Below are positions 1 to 11,800 of a stretch of DNA of 64,000 bases, piece by piece; within the stretch, counting starts at the first letter, position 1; each line of letters starts with the position of its first letter. The notes under the pieces were generated by a model. It made no database searches. It was not told the DNA's origin and saw nothing but the letters and a program-made list of their open reading frames with translations. Both the position numbers and the translations under genes were made by a program. The DNA comes from Scyliorhinus canicula (taxonomy: Eukaryota). The stretch covers positions 9,961,271-10,025,270 of the forward strand of contig NC_052175.1 of NCBI RefSeq assembly GCF_902713615.1. Direction: 5' to 3'.

Positions 1-200
1 CCCACAGTCCAAAGATGTGCGGGTTAGGTGGAATGGCCATGCTAAATTGTCCGTAGTGTCCATAAAGTAAGGTTAAGGGGGTTGGGGGTTGTTGGGTTAC
101 GGGTATAGGGTGGATACGTGGGTTTGAGTAGGGTGATCATGGCTCGGCACAACATCGAGGGCCGAAGGGCCTGTTCTGTGCTGTACTGTTCTATGTTCTA
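1..200 (+). mobile_element. V-SINE/HE1-type SINE, 3' part
   Basis: Central domain ...CCAAAGATGTGCGGGTTAGGTGG...CCATGCTAAATTG and tail GGGCCGAAGGGCCTGTTCTGTGCTGTACTGTTCTATGTTCTA. Confidence 0.8.
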
Positions 201-372
201 AATGCAGGTTAGTTGGATATATCGTGCTAAATTGCACCTTAGTTGCCATGGATGTGCCGGTTAAGGTTATGGGTGATGGGGAACTTAGGTGTGGATGGGG
301 CACTGTAAATGGGGAGAGCATTTATTCGAAGGGTCGGGACAGACTCGATGGGGCGAATGATCTCTCTACATA

Positions 373-690
373 AAGGGTAGCAGGGTAGCATGGTGGTTAG
401 CATAAATGCTTCACAGCTCCCGGGTCCCAGGTCCGATTCCCGGCTGGGTCACTGTCTGTGTGGAATCTGCACGCTTTCCCCCTGTGTGCGTGGGTTTCCT
501 CCGGGTGCTCCGGTTTCCTCCCACAGTCCAAAGATGTGCGGGTTAGGTGGATTGGCCATGCTAAATTGCCCGTAGTGTCCTAATAAAAGTAAGGTTAGGG
601 GGGGGGGGGTTGTTGGGTTATGGGTATAGTGTCGATACGTGGGTTTGAGTAGGGTGATCATGTCTCGGCACAACATTGAGGGCCGAAGAT
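373..690 (+). mobile_element. V-SINE/HE1-type tRNA-derived SINE
   Basis: A-box-like TGGTGGTTAGC, B-box-like head, conserved GGGTTTCCTCCGGGTGCTCCGGTTTCCTCCCACAGTCCAAAGATGTG core. Confidence 0.85.
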
Positions 691-864
691 CAACAAACGG
701 CAGCTGTATTTTGGGACACAGACCCTCAGCCTCCGACATAACCCGGGTTCGATTCCTGGCTTGGGTCACTGCCTGTGCGAATGCTGTACTTTCTCTCCGA
801 TTGGCATGGATTTCCTCCAGTTGATACAGTTTTCTCGCGAATGACGTACTGCTTGGTGAATTGG

Positions 865-990
865 ACATTCTGAATGTTCTTCCTGTGTACCCGAACAGGC
901 GCAGGAATGTGGCGACTAGGGACTTTTCACTGTAACTTTATTGCAGTGTTAATTTAAGCCTACCTGTGACACTGACAAAGATTATTATTA
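865..990 (+). mobile_element. Second SINE family, 3' part
   Basis: GAACAGGCGCAGGAATGTGGCGACTAGGGACTTTTCACTGTAAC; the same motif recurs at 2441-2550, 4960-5079, 13838-14030 and 32263-32445. Confidence 0.7.
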
Positions 991-1699
991 TTGTGATCAA
1001 CAGGTAAACCACATAAACGTTCTTATCTGGAACTAATTTCCTTGCATTATCGTCTATATATTTTTAAACACAAAGCATCGTTCATTGCGTATTGCACATG
1101 TCATTGACGCTGAGCGGTGAAAATTCGCAGTGAGATTCGAATCGGGGTGTGATCGGAGTCTCAGAGTGTGGGTGACGAACAATGCCCTCGGTGTTTGGCC
1201 ATTGCTCCATCTCTTCCACCGTCAGATATCCTGACAGTATCAGATAGCGTGAAGAAGGTTTTCCGTTGACGAAATGAGAAGAAAACAGTTCCACTGGCTG
1301 GAGCTTCCGTAACTAAAGGGATTCAGATTGAGACCCATCGTTAAAAGAACCGAAAAGGCATTCTGGTATTTTTATTGAGAACTGGAATGTGCTTTCTGAA
1401 AGGACGGTGTAAGCAGATTCAAAAGTAACTTTTAAAATGGGAACTGTAGCTTTATTTGTTAATGGAAAGCCGTGGAGGAAAGAGCTGGGAGAGTGGGTCT
1501 TGTTGTTCAGTTCTATCAAAGAGACAGAACCGTCACGTCGGGCCCAATGGGTTCTTAGTCTGATCGGTGAAATTTCACGAAAACACGTTATAATGCAAAT
1601 AATGTTCACAACGCATCTGTCTCCTTGTCAGCAATACATTAGACACAAATTTGATAAATAACCCCGACAGTGCAGAGAGGCCATTCAGCACATCGATTT

Positions 1700-2128
1700 T
1701 GCACCTACACTTTGAAAGAGCACCCTATTTCGGCCCAATCCCCCGCACCAACACCGGAACTGCAACGAACCTAAGGAGCAATTTTATCATTGGCAATCCA
1801 GCGAACCTGCGCTCTGTTGCAGGCAGGACAGAATTCAGCTCAACATGTCCGTGGAAAATCTTGACTGTGAACTTTAACCAAACACTTCTGAAATATATCA
1901 TTTTTTAAAAAGTACAGTACCCAATTCATTTTTTTTTTCCAAATAAGGTGCAATTTAGCGTGGCCAGTCCACCTACCCTGCACGTCTTTGGGTTTTGGGG
2001 CGAAACCCACGCAGACACGGGGAGATTGTGCAAGCTCCACACGGACAGCGACCCAGAGCCGGGATCGAACCTGGGACCACGGCATCGTGATGCAGCAGTG
2101 CTATGCACTGTGCCGCCGTGTTGCCCTT
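1700..2128 (-). mobile_element. Two V-SINE copies (degraded 1700-1830; short-tail subfamily 1905-2128)
   Basis: Reverse complement of the SINE head and core. Confidence 0.75.
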
Positions 2129-2440
2129 GTAATACTTTCATGACCCTGATATTTTAATCTCTTGTAGCACACAACCCAATAAATGCACTAACCTTCACGT
2201 GTTACAGCAAATCCCGCCGGATTTCAGAGAAAGCGTTTTGCTGATAGGGTTTGATCTTCACATCATAATATCAGTGAAAGGTGCGAACACAAATCTGGTG
2301 TTGTCTCTCTAAGATTATGAGATTATTTATATCATAAATTTAATTTAATCAATAGTAAAAAGGTTGCACGGTTCGTGTGATGATTAAAGGATAATTAGGT
2401 ACATTTCTAACTTCTCATTTAAAAGAATACGTCTTGGTAT

Positions 2441-2550
2441 TCGTATTCCCGTACCAGCCTCCCCGGACAGGCGCCGGAATGTGGCGACTAGGGGCTTTTC
2501 ACAGTAACTTAATTGAAGCCTACTCGTGACAATAAGCGATTTTCATTTTC
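2441..2550 (+). mobile_element. Second SINE family, 3' part
   Basis: TTCCCGTACCAGCCTCCCCGGACAGGCGCCGGAATGTGGCGACTAGGGG...GATTTTCATTTTC. Confidence 0.75.
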
Positions 2551-3091
2551 AAACGGAGAGAAACATTTTCAAATTGATAACCGCTCACTCTGCTGGAGAA
2601 GTATATTGAGCTGAAATCTTAACCAATGTATCAGGCGACACTTCCAACAATATGCAGTTGAAAAAGCCCATGCTGGTAAACAGAATGCCCCCGTTGTCTT
2701 GGACTGATCCCAGGGTTCTATATGATTCGGACACAATGTAATAAAGAGAACGACGACAGAAGTTGTCTACTCTACTTTATTAGAATATAATAAAATAATA
2801 TAAATTAATACGACGACACAAGAATTTCTCGTCCATTTGCTCGTCTGGGACTCCGGGTGTTGACGGCGGCTCTGAGATTCACTGCCTGGCACCAGTCGCA
2901 ACTCTAGTCCAAGCTGAGGTCCAATGAATAAGAAAAAGTGCCTGATATTTATACAGTGAATACGTCCAACAGGTAAGCATTTCGGAAAGTCGGCAAAATC
3001 CATAAGAACGCTTGAGTCTGGACATCTGGTGCCTCACATTCCAGTAAACATCCTGGAAACTGCTAAGTAAACTTCCCAAACTGCTAAGTTT

Positions 3092-3441
3092 GGGGCAGCA
3101 CGGTAGCATGGTGGTTAGCATAAATGCTTCACAGCTCCAGGGTCACAGGTTCGATTCCCGGCTGGGTCACTGTCTGTGCGGAGTCTGCACGTCCTCACCG
3201 TGTGTGCGTGGGTTTCCTCCGGGTGCTCCGGTTTCCTCCCACAGTCCAAAGATGTTCAGGTTAGGTGGATTGGCCATGCTAAATTGCCCGTAGTGTCCTA
3301 AAAAAGTAAGGTTAAGGGGGGGTTGTTGGGTTACGGGTATAGGGTGGATACGTGGGTTTGAGTAGGGTGATCATTGCTCGACACAACATCGAGGGCCGAA
3401 AGGCCTGTTCTGTTCTGTACTGTTCCATGTTCTATGTTCTA
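3092..3441 (+). mobile_element. Full-length V-SINE/HE1-type SINE
   Basis: GGGGCAGCACGGTAGCATGGTGGTTAGC head, GTTCGATTCC B box, core, and repeated TGTTCTA-type tail. Confidence 0.9.
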
Positions 3442-3639
3442 TCCTCACAGCGAACATAATTAACCCATCTCTTACACGTATCCTGAAAATGTAATTCCTC
3501 CTCAACCATCAGGAAACAGATGCATCTTTAAGCATTTCAGCGTGCTCCACAAACCCAGTCCCAGTTCACTTCTACCGGAAAACAATTGCCAATGCAAATC
3601 GCTGTGACTGTGTAAGAGCCGCTGACATCATTCCGCCAA

Positions 3640-4600
3640 GAGTCTTTTTTGTCCTTTGACCTCGCTCATCCTTCTAGCAACAGGAATACAGAAACAATAT
3701 GAGATTATCCTGCTCCTCCAGCCTGTCCCACTATTGGTTGATTTGTTTATAGGTTCAGACGATATCGGAGCAGAATTAGACAATCTGGCCCATCGAGTGT
3801 GTTCCACCATTTGATTATGGCCAATCTCATCCTGGCACTAACTGCGCCGTCCTGCCCATTCTCCATAATCCTTCTTATCCCATTCCCAATTAAAAATCCG
3901 CCTAACTCCTCCTGAAATTTACTCACTGTCACAGCATCTTCCACACTCTGGAATAGAGAATTCCACAGATTCACTACCTTTGGGAGAAGTAGCTTCTCCT
4001 CAACTCAGTTTTAAATTTGTTATCGCATTTGCTGAGACGATGACCTCTTGTTCTTGAATACCCGACAAGGGGAAACATTTGCTTTACGTCTTCTTTATCC
4101 ATATGTTTTATCATCTGGCGTGCCTCAATTTGATCTCTTCTCGTTCTATTAAACTCGAGAGAGTATAGGACTGAACTGCTCAACCTCTCTTCATACGACA
4201 CACGCATGATCTCTTATCAACCCCCATTGAACTTCCCTCAATACTTGTACATCTTTCCTCAAATAAGGGGACATAAACTGTGCACAATATCCCAGTTGTG
4301 GTCTCACCAATGCCTTATATGGTTACAACAATACTTACTTACATTTAGACTCTGGTCCTTTAGCTATAAATGCCAACATTCTATTTACTTTCGTTGTTTT
4401 ATGCTGTACCTGAATGCTAGCGTTCTGTGACGCATGAACGAGGCACCCAGATCACTCTACAACCCCGAAGTATTCCCCCATTTAGATAATTAGTCATCTT
4501 CCCATTATTCCGAAAAAAAACACTTATCCACGTTAACCTCCATCTGCCACATTTTTGCCCACTCGCCCAACCTACCTATATCCATTTATTATTTCCTCAT
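3640..4600 (-). mobile_element. Degraded CR1-type LINE, 3' end of ORF2 and 3' UTR
   Basis: ORF fragments MRVSYEERL...YSLEFNR...RTRGHRL...FSQR match the CR1 ORF2 C-terminus seen in the intact copy at 49684. Confidence 0.8.
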
Positions 4601-4959
4601 TGGAACTTAATATCCCACCTCACTTTGAGTCGGCTGCACATTCGGCTGCTTCGCTTCTATCTCGATAACAAAGTTGTCAATAGAGACAATAAATAGATGG
4701 GGCCCAAGGAAGGAACCCTTCTGTACCCAAAAAGTAACATCTTGCCATTCAGGAAAATAAATGCACTCATGTATCGTAATTCTACCAAACTGATTCCATT
4801 AGATTTCCCATCCTCCGCACAAACGGCGAAAAGCATTATAGATCCCCCAGTCGAAACTGATTATTTTAGTTGTTGTGTTCCAGGTTTCCCCTCACCTTTG
4901 TGTGAAGAACCGATTCCGGGTTAAAATTTGAAGGTTCTTCCCCGTTTGCTTTCTGATTT

Positions 4960-5079
4960 GAAATGAAAATGAAATGAAAATCGCTTATTGTCACGAGTAG
5001 GCTTCAATGAAGTTACTGTGAAAAGCCCCTACTCGCCACATTCCGGCGCCTGTCCGGGGAGGCTGGTACGGGAATTGAT
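4960..5079 (-). mobile_element. Second SINE family, 3' part
   Basis: GAAATGAAAATCGCTTATTGTCACGAGTAGGCTTCAATGAAG..., reverse complement of the 2441 copy. Confidence 0.75.
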
Positions 5080-6873
5080 TTGATTTCTCACCAAAGCAAC
5101 TGAACTAACTTCTATTTATCGACGCTAATGCATAATGTATTGATTTTAAACATCCGTGTTCGGTCACCACCATTATACCTTCTCCTGGAAGAAACGAAAG
5201 AGGTAGCATATCAAAAACCTGTCATCGTATTATTACCTCATCAGCCCCACGATTGTTCTTGGGAACTTAGATCTGTTTGATGTAGTGTTTCAATATAATA
5301 TTAATTTGCATTCGTATGAAATTGAATGTAACAGTTTATGTAAATTTAAAACGATTTACTGGACTGTTTGTGGGAGATAGTTCTTGAAAGGATTATTTCT
5401 CGGAACTGTATTTGCTGCTTGTATATCTCATCTGGTTACATTGTCTAATTGCTAATGAAAGCAAAGAATATATCTCGACATTTGAGACTCAGTTCGGTAT
5501 ACAGTTTAACCAGATGTGGTGAAATGTTCTTTCTCTCTCTAAGTCCTCGTTGCAAAATTGTGAATGGTGTGACAAGGAAATGTACGCTGAAAAAAGAAAA
5601 AGGGTTGCCTTGCACTTCTCAAGTCCCTTCACAAGGAGAGCGACATATGAGGAAAACAACAATTTCTGCTCATATCAGGGGAAATTCTCATTGGCTGGAA
5701 ATTAGAATCCGATTGTCACCATTTCCGTGGAGAATGAAAAACAGATAAGAATATCTAAAGTCTATATCTCAAATTCAATGAGCCGGCATTTTAGCATTAT
5801 AATCAATCTATGATGCAACGATAAAATGACTTCCCTGAAACAGATTAAAATTTACTATTGCACAGGAGAACCACATTTGGGAGGACGCGATTCTACATGG
5901 TGGAGAACTTTGTGAACCATTGTTTTAAACATGCACTTACTTGAAAACACGCTACAATCACCAGATATTACTAGCTTGAGGGTTAATATAAACACAAACA
6001 AAACCACGATTTGCTAAAGTGAAGGTATTTATCACAAATTCCCTGATAAACTCCTTGTGTCCCTTGTGTGTTGTGCACTATTTTACGAATGATTCAACAC
6101 TTCACATCTCAGAGCCAGCGACCCAGCACTGACAGCATCTCAATCCAGGTCTGGTACCGTTAGCGTAAATATATTACAGTCCTCTCCAGGTGATATTTCA
6201 TGATAAATTAACTATTGATTTGTTCAAGCATTTTTACATTTAGATATGTAGTTTATTTAGAGGCAGGGATTTGCAAACAAATAAAATTATTGTCATTAAC
6301 TGGAGCAATATAGTCAGCAGAAATTACTCAGACATTCTCTGCAAATGCTCTGCAAATTGATCATTTTTTCACGCTTGAATTGCAGGAATCTAGTTGAAAA
6401 TCCTTGACAATATTCAACCACCTTAATTTACATTTCCCAGAATAACCTAGTCTGTGTAATTTGATGCACCTGTACTCATTTGTTTACTTCTTTGAAGGTG
6501 CCTGTTTGGCCCCATGCTTATTTCCGAAAGGCAATTGTCTTTGTCAAATCCTCTTTTCTCCAAAATTCATTACAGATAAGCCGTTAGGAGTCTCGTTTGC
6601 GACCCACCAGATTTGATTTTTTTTCAATGCAGCAAACTCCAGGGACCCGGAGAGGGAACCTTGAGACTGGAAAATATAAGAAATATTAGTATTCGATGAT
6701 CGTTCAACGACAGATATCGTTCCGAAAACCCGGTGGAAAGAATCTCAGACTGAAGCCAATAGGAGCGAGGCCATTGGCTCGCCGTGCCTTTGTTGTATAT
6801 TGCAAACATCCACACAATTACTCGCACTGCACTATTCTCTTTCCCAGATCGCATTTAAAATGTTATCCTTCAA

Positions 6874-7087
6874 GGCAGCACGGTGGCACAGTGGTTAGCA
6901 TTGCGGCTTCTGGCGTCGAGGTCCTGGGTTCGAATCCCGGCCCTGGGTCCATGTGGAGTTTACACATTCTCCCCGTGTCTGCGTGGGGTTCACCAACACA
7001 ACCCAAAGATGTGCAGGATAGATAGATTGGCAACTCTAAATTGCCCCTTAATTGGAAACAATAATTGGGTACTCTAATTTTTTTTTT
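6874..7087 (+). mobile_element. Short-tail V-SINE with 17-bp target-site duplication
   Basis: SINE head and core flanked by AAATGTTATCCTTCAAG at 6858-6874 and 7088-7104. Confidence 0.85.
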
Positions 7088-8049
7088 AAATGTTATCCTT
7101 CAAGTATTCATCTCATCCTTCTTGGGCGAGTTCCTGTCAAATCTGCACCTATCAAATTATTTTTCAATTTGGACAATATTGTCACCGGAAAGGAATTACA
7201 GAGGAATTGCCTGAGTTAGTGAATGGTTTTGGACTCATTTTAGACATTGAATTTTCAGAAAGCTGGACACTTCAATTCGAACGAGGAACCGTTAGAATAC
7301 TGACGGGATCACTCTATCCAGAACATTTAACGATCCATTCTATTGTCAGACTGTGTGAGTTCTGCGTCCAGTTCGTGGAACTATGGATTTGATAAATTTC
7401 GGAGTCTCTAGCACTGTGCACCCCTTCCTGTCACCCGTGGCAAATATGCAAAATTTGGCATCTTGCACTATCACAAAAAAGCAATAGACCTGTGTATTAT
7501 TCAAACTAATTTATTCAACTGACCTATTTTACACTCAGATATGTCACTTTGCTTCCCACTGACAGTATTCACCTGCGTATTAATGGTTAAGCCTTGAATT
7601 GAAACTTACTCTCGTCTGTCAAATCTATAATTGAACAAAGTGACGCTGTTGGATAAATCCCCCCAATTCGTTCGTGTTTCCGATGCGCCAATGTCCACTG
7701 GTATGCCAAAGATCCCGCAATACTGTTAATCTAATAGATGAACATTGACGATCCACACGCAACCCAGTCCTCGCCGCTGTCTCCCATCCATCTGCTATTC
7801 CAACTGCCAAAATGTATTTGTCTATTTGTAAGTTATTGTCAAAGATAGTACGGAAGGAGGCATCGTATGTTCACGTCAGCTCTCTGCTGGACCAGCTCAT
7901 TTATTCTGCTCTGCTATCTGATTTTCCCCGTAGAATTGCAGACGATCTCATGTGTGACTCGAAACTGCCTCTGTATATGTAATTCAAAAATAAGTATTTT
8001 CATGCCTATTTCTTACTTGTAAACTGGACCAACTATGCTGAACAAAGAC

Positions 8050-9720
8050 CGCACTGATTGCTGCCCCTTTTGCCAATGAGGACAGTGTCTCCTTAACTTA
8101 CTCCAGACCACTCATCACATTGAACATCTCTTTCAGATCTCCTTACGAAGGTCCTTCTTTAAGGAATACAGCGCACGTTTCTCCTCTCCACCTAACTGAA
8201 TTTCCTCATCCCTTTAACAAATATGGTTGGATTTTCTCGAATGCCTCTGCAGCTTTGCTAAAACCTGACAGCCCAAAATTAGACGCAATGTGAACATCCG
8301 ACCAAAGAGCTATTGGGTCCTTGGAACCTGCTCCGCCGTTGAATTAGCTCGTGGCTGATTTCATCGTAAACTGAAGTCTTCATCCCGCCTACCATAGATC
8401 ACCGGTCACCCTCTTCCCATGAATTCTACATCATGTATTTTCAAGGACTCTGTTTCAAACGTCTTTTCAGGGTGCGTAACCCGAATGCTCACGAACCACA
8501 GATCAATAACAGCCTCATCTACGTTTTAACTTGGAGACCCGTATTTTGAAGCAATCATCCCGGGTTCCGGCTCTCCAGACTCTCCCAAAAGAGGAAAATC
8601 CCTTCCAGATCCACCCTGTCAAGATCACTGGGTCTTGGTTGCTTCAATAAGCTCGCATTTTAACCCTTTTACTTCAAACCTCCAATGGATAAAAGGCTCG
8701 TCTGCCCTCATAAGACAACCCGCCCTGTCCTATTAATAGTCCGGTAAACCTCCCTCAAATACTTCCGACACAGTTAACTCCGTCCATGAATAAGGTGATC
8801 AATGCTGCATATACAATTCCAGATGAAGTCTTGATGTTTCTATGTTTAACTGAAACATCAGCTTCCTACTTTTGTCTTTGTTTTCCTCGCAATGACTGAT
8901 AACATTGGATTACCTTTCCTAAAGACTTGCTGTAGCTGTATTCCAGCGTGGGGCGACATGGCGGAATATTGGTTCGCGCTTTTGCCTCACAGCGCCAGGG
9001 ACCTGGGTTCAGTTCCCGCCTCGGGTGACTGTCTGCGTGGGTTTCTTCCGCGTGCTCCGGTTTTCTCCCAAAGTCCAAAGATGTGCAGGTGCTGTGGATT
9101 GGTTAGGTGGGATTCCTGGGTTACTGGGATAAATTCTGGTTGGAATTGGTGGGCTGATCTTTTCAAGGGTCGGTGCAGGCTCGATGGGAAGAGAGGCCTC
9201 CGGCTCCACTGTACAGATTCTCTGATTCCATTAATCTATTACACACAGATCCCAGCATCTCTGATCTCCAACATCACTCAAGGTTTATTCTAGGTGATCT
9301 TGTCGTTCCTTCAAATATCTTTTGTCATATTCCACAATCCTAACAGAATTATCCAAAGTGCTAAGAATCCAATGAACAAATATTTATTTTTACAAATGCA
9401 AGTTTTAAAACGTCCTCTTTTTTGTGTACTAACGCACGAGCAATAAATCCCAGGACACACTCGGCTTTATCAAACCCTCTCACAAGAAGCTCGGCCACAG
9501 TCAATGGTTCCGGCTCTTCTACATTCAGATCGCTCTGCTGCTGCACAACTTTCAGAATCGCATCATTGATTTTATATTGTCTTTCTGTGTTCTTAAACCA
9601 GATCGAACAACTTCATGCCTTTTGTTCATTGAAGGTGGCGTTCCACATGACTGCCCATTCCACAAATAAGTCGATGTCGTCTTGAAGTCTATCTCTATCC
9701 TCCCGACAGTTTCCAGGTTT
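8050..9720 (-). mobile_element. Degraded CR1-type LINE fragments with a plus-strand SINE inserted at about 8949-9225
   Basis: Reverse-strand remnants (GFIARALVHKKEDVLKL) and SINE core GGGTTTCTTCCGCGTGCTCCGG. Confidence 0.65.
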
Positions 9721-10277
9721 TCGTCAAGCACACGCTTTCACGTCAAGCCCTTTACGGCCAAAAATAGATTATGAGTTCATTTTTCGCCGAAGAACAGATT
9801 TGCGAACACCTGAGCCTACAGGAATTCAAATCTACACATTTCAGAAATCTGAACCAATAAATAATAGTTGAAGTTTTGTTTCTGACCAACAGGCAGATGT
9901 CTGGTCATAAAACATTTTGAGCATTGGAAATTCACTATAGAACCATTTCAATTTGACTCATGATATGTTTAAAATGCGGCAACATTTCTGTTCAAATTAC
10001 TATTATGTTGGTCATTACACTCTTTGCTTTGAATATTTTATGCAAGATTTCATGAGGAGAAATATATGAAACAGCTGTTATGTCTTTTAAATCCAGGCTC
10101 ATTAGTATGAAACAGCTGAGGAAGAGATTTTCGAATAATCTTCTAATCAATCTCAAAAGATCAAGAAAAATGCTAAAGTGTATAATTGGAATAAGTATGG
10201 GGTTGACCAAGGTTTTCCACAGCGCTTCAATGCAAAAGGAATGTTCGTGATAAATTTTGCTAATGTGCTTTTACTCA

Positions 10278-10309
10278 CTATTCATTTTGCGATCTCCTGG
10301 CCCATTCTT
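10278..10309 (-). CDS. TCR/Ig-like V-C1 receptor, exon 5 (short cytoplasmic tail EEWARRSQNE*)
   Basis: Acceptor TCTTCTTTCAG| after a 99-nt intron; in-frame TAG at 10280-10278 overlaps a GTGAGT donor, so a further exon is possible. Confidence 0.65.
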
Positions 10310-10408
10310 CTGAAAGAAGAATGTGTAATTAGCTATTTGAAACTTCGAGAAGGGGATCACATTACACAAAACGTTATGAACATGTCTTTGATCAACATTA
10401 ACCCTCAC

Positions 10409-10510
10409 CTGATCTGCCGCTGTGATGTATCCAAATGAAAATGGGGACCAAGAGGAGAACTAGGATCGCCACCGCCATTCTCACAACATTAATCATTTCA
10501 ATGCACCATC
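10409..10510 (-). CDS. TCR/Ig-like V-C1 receptor, exon 4 (connecting peptide and transmembrane segment)
   Basis: Acceptor CTCTGTAG|, donor G|GTGAG, 102 nt, phase 1/1. Encodes GWCIEMINVVRMAVAILVLLLVPIFIWIHHSGRS. Confidence 0.85.
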
Positions 10511-11385
10511 CTACAGAGACAAAGCAATTAGAAAGAGCAGCTCGGTCAATTTTTTTTTCACCCAGGAACCATTCATGGGAATCTATCACATATCTGTTCA
10601 AACTTCTCTTCTCCAAGCAGAACAGTATCAGTGTCTATCGGGTATGCACGTGAATTAATTTTGCCACCCGTGATACCATTCATTTGAATCTTTTCTGCAC
10701 TGTCTCTAATACATTCTCCAGACATTCTGGTGCCCAGATGGGACGTAATACTACAGTTGATGCTGAACCTGAGTTTTGTTAATGTTCATCACAGCTCGCT
10801 TCTTCTTGTAATCTCTGACTTATTGCTAATGTCGAGAGCTTTGCATGCATTAGTAATCGCCCTGCCCCTGTCAATGGTTTGTGACAATAAAGCTCCGATT
10901 CGCCTGCCCAAGCAAAGTCTGTGTGATACACTTGGGATAACTTCTGAAACTGACATTTCTGTGAACAATTAGACCCAGAGTTTAATGTTCTAAAACATTG
11001 CAGGACTCAGGAAGCAGGATTAAACCAATAAAACAGATATTACACGGATGATGGGTTCTGGAAAATGAGATTCAGAGAAAGTAAATGAATGTCTCAGAAA
11101 ACAAGTAATTTTCTGGTTTCTGTTTGTGAAGCCCATCCAGTGGAGAACTGATCACAACTCCATTCCAATGCCCACTGCGTGAAATGGGCGGTTGATGCAA
11201 GTTCAATAACTTCGGAACGGAAAACCAGATCCTAGTTTCAACGGAAAATGTGACAACGCTATCGGGATAAATATTGGAAAGCCTTTGATTTTATTTAACG
11301 GGCTTCAAAGTCTTAGCTTCGAGCTAATCGTTCTTATTGATTATAATTAGAATTCAAACCAGTATTGTGAAGATCGCCAACTCAC

Positions 11386-11712
11386 CTGTCCTTGTCTCTG
11401 CTTTGGGGAAAGACACGCTCTTTGACCAATTTTTGTTTGGAGACCCCAGTTGAACAACACAAGTACAGACAGCGTAGTTTCTCCACATATCCATCGACAC
11501 CATGATCTGACTGGTGATGCTGTAGGTCCCGTCCTCCTCCAGTGTACCGGGATCGCTCGATCCCTCGGCCACGAGGCCGGAAATATTCCAGAAAATAACA
11601 ATCCGGTTCGAAGAAAGTCCACTGACCAAACACACCAAGGGGACGGTCTCCCTGGAATTCTCCTCCCCCTGTGGCACAAATATCAGCACCGCCGACTTAC
11701 TGGTGGAACTGT
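11386..11712 (-). CDS. TCR/Ig-like V-C1 receptor, exon 3 (C1-set Ig domain)
   Basis: Acceptor GTGCAG|, donor G|GTGAG, 327 nt, phase 1/1, after an 88-nt intron. Motifs LVCLVSG, IFWN, DGTYSITSQIMV, W-x6-CTCVV are C1-set hallmarks. Confidence 0.92.
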
Positions 11713-11800
11713 CTGCACAGATTGAGACATAGTCAACGATTGATTCACACAAAATGATAATACCGTACATGATCAGAATTCATTTCAATTGTTGTCTTAC

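Noticed and set aside
97-868. SINE-derived ORFs (MVVSINASQLQG..., also at 3090, 16123, 20267, 29764 and others)
   Set aside because: Recurrent translations of the same SINE; their tRNA-like heads are also not functional tRNA genes.
2924-2977. Strong plus-strand donor CAG|GTAAGC
   Set aside because: All three upstream frames contain stops; at most a non-coding exon, unsupported.
5380-5460. FLKGLFLGTVFAAC resembling the C1GALT1C1 N-terminus
   Set aside because: Flanked by stops, no start codon and no continuation of similarity.
5600-5920. Scattered V-like words (YQGKFS, VTISV, IYYCTG)
   Set aside because: They are separated by stops and wrong spacing, with no WYxQ or first Cys and no splice sites; compatible with chance.
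6755-6780. Inverted pair of CCAAT boxes
   Set aside because: No associated TSS, CpG island or gene found nearby.
7412-7418. Perfect CACAGTG heptamer on the minus strand
   Set aside because: The sequence after a 12-bp spacer (AAATTTATC) does not match ACAAAAACC and no gene segment is adjacent.
7867-8022. Signal-peptide-like short ORF MFTSALCWTSSFILLCYLIFP...
   Set aside because: About 51 codons, no recognisable downstream exon or domain.
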